From positions 2,368,001 through 2,432,000 of the forward strand of contig CBDCOX010000002.1 in assembly GCA_965219995.1 (NCBI GenBank): a stretch of DNA of 64,000 bases, read 5' to 3'. The notes under the pieces were generated by a model that did not search any database, had not been told where the DNA came from, and saw only the letters and a program-made list of their open reading frames with translations. Position 1 is the stretch's first letter. Each line of letters starts with the position of its first letter. The translations under genes and the position numbers were made by a program. Source of the DNA: Candidatus Latescibacterota bacterium. Lineage in GTDB: Bacteria > Latescibacterota > UBA2968 > GCA-2709665. This document shows positions 57,939-64,000 of the stretch, in pieces.

Positions 57939-59753
57939 TCAGGCCAACATTGCCAGTTCGGCTTCCTGGTTCCTGTCCAGCGAGAATACGACGGCCGAAC
58001 ATCGTCGACCTTCCACTTCCAGCGTAATGAGGGACTGCTCTCGGCCGTCCAGGAGTACGCGTGAGACCTCCCCGCCTGCCTCAGCGATCATCGTCAGGCC
58101 TTCGATCGGCTCACCGGCCGTCAGCCTGGCAACCGCCCCTTCCGGGCCGGAACTCAGCAGTTCAACCCGCAGCGCGTCCCGCGCCTGGACGAAGCGGGAC
58201 CAGTCCTGCAGGCTGCCCGTTTCGATGCCCATCGCCGCCAGCGACGCGTACACGATATTCGCCGCCTCGAACGTGCGGCGCGGATCGCCTTTGGGCCGGA
58301 CCAGATAACACGGGTGGAATGTCCCGATATGCGGCACGTGCCAGCGGTCGCGGGACTCCACGACCCATCGTACCGCTGCCTCCGCGTACTCCACCTGTCC
58401 AAGCCCCAGCGTGCCCACGCCCGGCTCGGTGATGCTCTGCGAATCGTCGAACGTGCAGGGCTGGAGAAACAGGTCCAGCAGCCCCGCCTCCGGGTCGAAA
58501 TAACGCATGGGCATGGCCGAGGCCAGCGAGAACGGTCCGAAGTCGAACCGGTTCATCCTCGGATCGTGACCGCAGAAGTGAAACGGCATCCGCCATCCGT
58601 TGTCCGTAAGGATCGAGGCGGTCCGGGCGCCCGTCCACTGGCACCCGTGGATCACGATATCGGTCACCGCGAGCCGGGTTTCATCCGTGAACCGACTCGC
58701 CTGGTCCACGATCTCCTCGCGGATGCGTTCGTGTACCCCGTCGTCCAGTTCTCTCAAAGGGCGGTTGTACGTGAGCGGGAAAATATCCGCTTCGATCGAC
58801 ATGAAGTGGCCCCGCTCCTGCCACTCGCGGATCAATTTTCCCTCGTACCGGCTCACCGGCGCCCGGAAGAAATTGTGCTTGTGCCCGTATTGCTCCGCCA
58901 GTTCCATCCCCACCGGAGCGCCCTCCTCCCCGCACCCGTCCGACTTGAAAAACACCGCCACCCGCCGCGCATCGGACATGTGCCAGACGCGCGGCACGAA
59001 CCCGACGCCGTGCATGTCCAGCAGCAACTCCCGAAACAGGTCCTGGTGAATATCGGCCAGCGGGTGCTGCCTCGAATGCCGCTCCGCGATCCCGATCAGC
59101 CCGAAGATATGCCGCGGGCCCCGCAGCGGCAGCATCTGCGCCTGCTGTTCCAGCGCCCACGTGCCGTGCCTCAGCCGCAGCACCGCCCCCACGACGTCGT
59201 AGGCCAGCACACATGCCCTGCCCCGCTCAATGCGCTTTCGCACAATCGCCGGACCGCTGCGCTTGCCCAGTCCGTCGACGAGCGCGGCCATCTCCTCGCC
59301 TTCGCACGCGATACCGAGCCCTGTATCCTGCGGGCAGAACAGCGGCTCCGGTGGTACTGTTAGCCCTGCGAATGGATGGACGACCACCCGTCCGTCCACC
59401 ACCACCTCCGGATCTTCCGCCGGGGGGCCCGCGGCGGCCGCCTTATTCGGGTCGACTTTCTGGGTCGACACCACCACCCGCCGCTCCACGCCCAGCTTCG
59501 CCGCCAGTTCGCCGCCCGGCATCACCGAAAGCACCCGCCCGCCGCCGCGCAGGTAGTCGACGAGAATCCCGGTCGCTCGACGTCCGAACGCCCCCCGAAG
59601 CGTCCACACCACCGCCGCGTTTTTCAGGCGGGACGGCTCCACTTCGTTCTGTGAGAGGATATCGAAATGAAACAGACCCTCGGCCTTCAGGATCTCCGGC
59701 GCAAAATCGTGTTCAAGGTTGTCGTCGGGTTTGACGACAAGGATCGATTTCAT
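57939..59753 (-). CDS. Hypothetical protein with a C-terminal deacetylase-like domain
   Basis: Long ORF; YLRGGG.VL, GRACVLAYD, VFFKSDG, ERGH, TFHP. Confidence 0.65.
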   Translation of the reverse strand: MKSILVVKPDDNLEHDFAPEILKAEGLFHFDILSQNEVEPSRLKNAAVVWTLRGAFGRRATGILVDYLRGGGRVLSVMPGGELAAKLGVERRVVVSTQKVDPNKAAAAGPPAEDPEVVVDGRVVVHPFAGLTVPPEPLFCPQDTGLGIACEGEEMAALVDGLGKRSGPAIVRKRIERGRACVLAYDVVGAVLRLRHGTWALEQQAQMLPLRGPRHIFGLIGIAERHSRQHPLADIHQDLFRELLLDMHGVGFVPRVWHMSDARRVAVFFKSDGCGEEGAPVGMELAEQYGHKHNFFRAPVSRYEGKLIREWQERGHFMSIEADIFPLTYNRPLRELDDGVHERIREEIVDQASRFTDETRLAVTDIVIHGCQWTGARTASILTDNGWRMPFHFCGHDPRMNRFDFGPFSLASAMPMRYFDPEAGLLDLFLQPCTFDDSQSITEPGVGTLGLGQVEYAEAAVRWVVESRDRWHVPHIGTFHPCYLVRPKGDPRRTFEAANIVYASLAAMGIETGSLQDWSRFVQARDALRVELLSSGPEGAVARLTAGEPIEGLTMIAEAGGEVSRVLLDGREQSLITLEVEGRRCSAVVFSLDRNQEAELAMLA

Positions 59754-59796
59754 GGAAACATCCACCCATGCGTACCCGCAGAAAAACACTGCGTTT

Positions 59797-60792
59797 TCAT
59801 CCCGGCTCGACTTCCCGATGCTCCGTCGCGGAGCGGTAGATCGCGTCCAGCAGCGCATTGGTCTTCGCGGCTTCGCCAAGCGGGCAGACCGGCTGGCGGC
59901 CTTCGCGCACCGCGTCCACGAAATCCTGGACGACCGGCCCGTGTACATTTTCGGCGGGCGTGAGATCCAGCGTATCGACCTGCCGGCCCACCGTTTTCAC
60001 CACCTCGCCGGAATCGTAAGGATGCCAGTAAACCTTGGCCTCGGTCCCCACGATCTCGAATTCGTGCCGCCAGGTTTTCGAGCTCCAGCTGAACGACGCC
60101 GTAACCAATGCTCCGTTCTCAAGTTTCATGACGATGCTCGCACAGTCCTCCACGTCCCACTCCTGCACCAGGTTTTCGCACCTGGCGTAAACGGAAACCG
60201 GCATCCCCAGGAGCCCGATCATCACGTCGAACATGTGCGTGCCCATATCGCTGATGGGGCCGCCGCCGGACCTCTCCCGGAAGACGCGCCAGCGTTTCGG
60301 ATCGTCCGCCGCGGGGCTGAACCAGGAAAAGTAGACGATGCGCAGGAGAACGATCTGCCCGAATTCACCGTTCCGAATCATCTCCCGCGCTTGAAGATAT
60401 GCCGGGAAGAGGCGCCGGAAATAGGAGCATCCGGCCAACTTCGTGCTTTTCCCGGCCGCGGCAATGGCTCGCGAACACTCCTCGCCGGTGACGCCCAGGG
60501 GCTTTTCCACGAGCACGTGCTTGTCGGCTTCCAGGGCCTGAACCGCGTGTGGTACGTGCAGCCATACGGGCGTTGCGACGTAGACCGCATCCGCCGACGT
60601 TTTCTCCAAAGCTTCATCGAGATCCGCGTACACCTCGGACAGGTCGTATTCGGACGCCAGCGCCCCGGCATTTTCCTGGACCATATCGCAGACCGCCACC
60701 AACTCCGACCCGGCGGCGCCCGCCAGGGCCGCGGCCACCCGCTTCCGGGCGATGTCCCCGGCGCCGACCAGGAGCCATTTCACGCTATCCAT
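59797..60792 (-). CDS. Gfo/Idh/MocA family oxidoreductase
   Basis: VGAGDIA, DAVYVATP, HVLVEKP, GGGPISDMGTH, VED. Confidence 0.92.
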   Translation of the reverse strand: MDSVKWLLVGAGDIARKRVAAALAGAAGSELVAVCDMVQENAGALASEYDLSEVYADLDEALEKTSADAVYVATPVWLHVPHAVQALEADKHVLVEKPLGVTGEECSRAIAAAGKSTKLAGCSYFRRLFPAYLQAREMIRNGEFGQIVLLRIVYFSWFSPAADDPKRWRVFRERSGGGPISDMGTHMFDVMIGLLGMPVSVYARCENLVQEWDVEDCASIVMKLENGALVTASFSWSSKTWRHEFEIVGTEAKVYWHPYDSGEVVKTVGRQVDTLDLTPAENVHGPVVQDFVDAVREGRQPVCPLGEAAKTNALLDAIYRSATEHREVEPG

Positions 60793-60828
60793 TTTACCTC
60801 CCACGCATCCTCGTGTCCAGGGGACACG

Positions 60829-61980
60829 CTAGCCAAGTTCCGAAATCGTCTGCCTGATCGCCCACGCAATATAGACCAGGTCTTCGTCGGTCGTCCCGGG
60901 AAACACCGGGGTACTCACAACCTCATCGCAGACCCGGGCCGCGATCGGACATCCCTCACCGTCATACCCCAGTTCCTGAAGAGCATCCCAGGACCAGAGC
61001 GGCGGGTAGTGTTTCGCCGTGGCCACCCGGTACCGATCCTTCAGGTGAGCGACGAACGCTTCGGTCGTGAAGCCCACGGTACCGGTGTCCAGCCGGATGA
61101 CATGAAGATGGCTCCCGTGATCGGCGCCGTGTCCGGCCGGAAGAATGACCTCCTCCACGTCGGCCAGCAGCGCATTGAGCCGGAGCATCCGTTCCCGCCG
61201 GTCCTGAATCACGCGGTCTATTTTGGCCAGCTGTGTAAGTCCGACCGCATATTGGGGCTTGGTCATCCGGTAGTTGAACCCGACCCTCACCACCCGCGTG
61301 CCGCTTCCCCCGTAGACGTATCCGAATGTCTTCAGTTGCCGGACCTGCTCCGCGAAGTCCTCGTCGTCCGTCGTCACCGCGCCGCCCTCGCCGAGGCACG
61401 TCATGTTCTTGTTGCTCTGAAAACTGTAGCACGAGGCCTTTCCCCGGCCGCCGACCGGGTTGCCCCGGTACCGGGTGCCCACCGCGTGCGCCGCATCGTA
61501 GATGACCGGCACGCCGGTCTCCTCCGAAATCCGGTCGAATGCATCCAGGTCGCACGCCAGACCGGCGAAGTGCACGGGAATGATCGCACGGGTGCGCGGC
61601 GACAGTCTCTCTCTTACCCTGTCCGGATCCAGATTCAGGCTCACCGGATCGATATCGGCAAGAACCACCCTGGCGCCCCTGGCGACCGCAGTCCCCGCCG
61701 TGCAGACGAAGGTGAGCGGGGTCGTGATCACCTCGTCTCCCGCACCGATGTCCAGCGCCATCATGCAACAGTCCAGGCCCGTACCGCAGGAATTGACCGC
61801 AATCGCCTTCCGGGCGCCCTCGTGCGCGGCGAACGCATTCTGAAAGTCGTTCTCTTCCGGAAGGGGGAAGAACGTCCCCTGCTCGTCCGCGACGTCCGTC
61901 AGCATCCGGTTGACCGCCTCGACGTCGTCCTGCTCGTAAACCCCGCCCATCGACCCGAACGGCACCTCTCGAATTTCCAT
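60829..61980 (-). CDS. DegT/DnrJ/EryC1/StrS aminotransferase
   Basis: GDEVITTPLTF, PVHFAG, IYDAAHA, YSFQSNKNMTCLGEGG, GFNYRM. Confidence 0.92.
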   Translation of the reverse strand: MEIREVPFGSMGGVYEQDDVEAVNRMLTDVADEQGTFFPLPEENDFQNAFAAHEGARKAIAVNSCGTGLDCCMMALDIGAGDEVITTPLTFVCTAGTAVARGARVVLADIDPVSLNLDPDRVRERLSPRTRAIIPVHFAGLACDLDAFDRISEETGVPVIYDAAHAVGTRYRGNPVGGRGKASCYSFQSNKNMTCLGEGGAVTTDDEDFAEQVRQLKTFGYVYGGSGTRVVRVGFNYRMTKPQYAVGLTQLAKIDRVIQDRRERMLRLNALLADVEEVILPAGHGADHGSHLHVIRLDTGTVGFTTEAFVAHLKDRYRVATAKHYPPLWSWDALQELGYDGEGCPIAARVCDEVVSTPVFPGTTDEDLVYIAWAIRQTISELG

Positions 61981-62277
61981 AAAATCCGGCGCGCGACACC
62001 CCCTGGTCAAGAAGGAGATGGTCGCGCCTTGCCTCCTCTCCGAAACGTCAGATTCGCACGGGTTTCCCCGTACCTCTGCAGCCTTTTTGCAGGCTCTTCA
62101 AGTTAACCTCAATTCGAAAAAAGACAACCGTTTAATTGGCCACAAAAAGCACAAAAGGCACAGCACGTATCGGTGCGAAACGGCGTAATGAGGTCGCTCA
62201 AATGGTCTTTTTCTCCGTTCGCGTCCCCCTGCATTAAACTCGCCGGAACGCCGACGTCAAATCGCCTCTGCCGGGAA

Positions 62278-64000
62278 TCAATACCACTTGTGGACGACGT
62301 GCCCGCGTTCCGGGAACCAGATCGCGTCGACCGCCATCCCCGCCGTCACCGCGATGACGTACCCGATCAGCATCCCCAGAAAAAAGGGCATCGACCGCCG
62401 GTAGAAGGCCACCCCGCCTGTCTTCAGCATGATCAGCTTCGCCAGCCACGCCACCAGGAGTGTGGACCCCATGCGGCGCGCCGCCGGGATGCCGGACAGC
62501 GCGAATCCGATCGGGTGCAACGGCCACCTGGCGAAACGGTAGCGCATCAGATTCACGATGACCATCGTCCCGGCGCCAATGAGGAGAAACCAGGTATCGA
62601 TTGCCTGCATCTTCGCCGGGTTCAATATCTCGTTCACGGTCATCCCGTACTGCCACTCGCCTTCGTGGATGATCAGCCAGTTGGGCCGGAAATTGTACGC
62701 ACCCATGCGGTATCCCAGCCAGATCGTGTACAGGGTCGAACTGACCACCCCCGAGACAAATGCCCCGAATACGCCCCAGAAGAGTCGCCGCTTGTCCCTT
62801 CCGACGAAATCTCCCAGGCGGTTGATCTGCGCGACCAGAGGCATGATGAAGCTCCTTGGATGGCTGACCGTGAATGACAACAGGCCGAAGGTCGCCCGCG
62901 TGGACGCATTCAGATTTCCTGTGCCGCCGACGAGCGCGCCCGACAGTTCCCACGCGGACGCGGGCGGCTGGATATAGATGATTCCCGAATCGGCCACGAC
63001 CCTGGCCACGAAGAGATAGGCGATGAACATCGTTGGAATCAGCAGGGCGATCATCCCGGCCTCCACCCCCAATCGACCCAGAAATGCCGCGATGTAAACG
63101 CAGCTGGCCAGAAGACCGATCAGCGCTGCTCTATAGGAGAGCAACTCTCGACCGGCGCGGGGCGAAGACCCGGTCGCATGAAGCGCACTCCGGACCGCGA
63201 CGCGCAGGTGGCGCCGGGCGATCCAGATCCACCAGAAAACCAGCGACACGAACGCTCCTGCCGCCTGCCACTTGTAGGTCGTGGTGGTATAGGGCCCTGC
63301 GCCGTAGTGCGGCGACGTGGCGACGATCCCCAACCGGTTCAACGCGCCCGCTTCGATCATGTACACGAAGTCGAAGAACCAGATGCTGAAGAGCACGTCG
63401 AGGCTCGCGAAATAGGAAAAGCAGATAACGGGCGTGCTCAGGAAGATGAAAAAGGGAGGGTACTCTTTGGGAAGCAGGTCCCAGATAAAACGGCCGGTCG
63501 CCGTGGGGAAACTGGGAACCATCGGGTAGAACCACGCGATCATGTTCCACCAGAAGACGATTGACGTCAGGGCGAATCCCGCCCAGAACACCTTGCCCTT
63601 CATGAAATCGGGCAGCCAGCGCCTCCCGGACCCGGCGCGCGAGGTCATCTCGAGAACCGGCGCCAGCGCCGGATACATCAGCTTCTCATGGTCCGCCCAC
63701 TGCCGGTGCAGCAGAACCGAAATGCAGATGCACGCGAAGCCCAGCACAAAAACAAAAAGGAGCCACCAGACCAGAGGAAGACTCCAGACATCCCACGGAA
63801 CCGATACCAGGCCCGGCAGCCCCTCATAAAACCAGGACATCGCCCCGCTATCGTTCGAGGGAATCAGCCAGCCCGGCAGCTGCGGATGGAGATACTCCGC
63901 CCACCGGTTCTCCGGCGTCGCGAAATAATACGGGGACGCCATCATCCCCACCAGGTACCCGCTGACGCCGTAATTGGGACCGATGGCGCTGATCATGCCC
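62278..64000 (-). CDS. DUF6785/OPT-like polytopic membrane protein, putative transporter (5' end outside the window)
   Basis: PYYFATPENRW, PW..W..PL..W, RQW..HEKL.YP, SIWFF, WPLHPIG, PFFLG; many TM segments. Confidence 0.75.
   Translation of the reverse strand, partial: GMISAIGPNYGVSGYLVGMMASPYYFATPENRWAEYLHPQLPGWLIPSNDSGAMSWFYEGLPGLVSVPWDVWSLPLVWWLLFVFVLGFACICISVLLHRQWADHEKLMYPALAPVLEMTSRAGSGRRWLPDFMKGKVFWAGFALTSIVFWWNMIAWFYPMVPSFPTATGRFIWDLLPKEYPPFFIFLSTPVICFSYFASLDVLFSIWFFDFVYMIEAGALNRLGIVATSPHYGAGPYTTTTYKWQAAGAFVSLVFWWIWIARRHLRVAVRSALHATGSSPRAGRELLSYRAALIGLLASCVYIAAFLGRLGVEAGMIALLIPTMFIAYLFVARVVADSGIIYIQPPASAWELSGALVGGTGNLNASTRATFGLLSFTVSHPRSFIMPLVAQINRLGDFVGRDKRRLFWGVFGAFVSGVVSSTLYTIWLGYRMGAYNFRPNWLIIHEGEWQYGMTVNEILNPAKMQAIDTWFLLIGAGTMVIVNLMRYRFARWPLHPIGFALSGIPAARRMGSTLLVAWLAKLIMLKTGGVAFYRRSMPFFLGMLIGYVIAVTAGMAVDAIWFPERGHVVHKWY

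Noticed and set aside
1-64000. CRISPR array, tRNA, rRNA, integrase or transposase
   Set aside because: No regularly spaced repeats, cloverleaf motifs or recombinase/transposase signatures were seen by eye.

Overview
GC-rich bacterial chromosomal window, most likely from an FCB-associated lineage such as Ca. Latescibacterota. This is an inference from the FlgD-Ig-tailed C25 peptidase, the short RpoD, the DUF2723 and DUF6785-type proteins and the PVM-like microcompartment. From left to right it contains: (1) two tandem 232-aa AraC response regulators whose receiver domains lack the phospho-Asp; (2) a ~20-kb minus-strand surface-glycan gene run (Wzi, O-antigen ligase/polymerase, GT2, DegT aminotransferase, WecA/MraY, Wzx, sulfotransferase, 2 GT4, epimerase, GT-C) ending in a 1922-aa PorU/gingipain-like C25 peptidase; (3) a divergently transcribed PVM-like bacterial microcompartment locus (PduL, BMC-H, 3 BMC-P, aldehyde dehydrogenase, class II aldolase, acetate kinase) with a GT-C membrane gene inside it, followed by a BMC-H with a helical tail; (4) degP and an rpoD-family sigma factor; (5) a 2933-bp tandem duplication of a small secreted protein plus a DUF2723/TMEM260-like GT-C; (6) rhomboid, M23 peptidase, PpiD, heparinase II/III and sugar-acid genes; (7) a minus-strand amino-sugar-type cluster interrupted by three orphan antitoxins with only short toxin-like stubs, one antitoxin split by a 163-bp MITE. 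No rRNA, tRNA, CRISPR array, integrase or transposase was seen. All family assignments come from motif recognition by eye; no searches were run.
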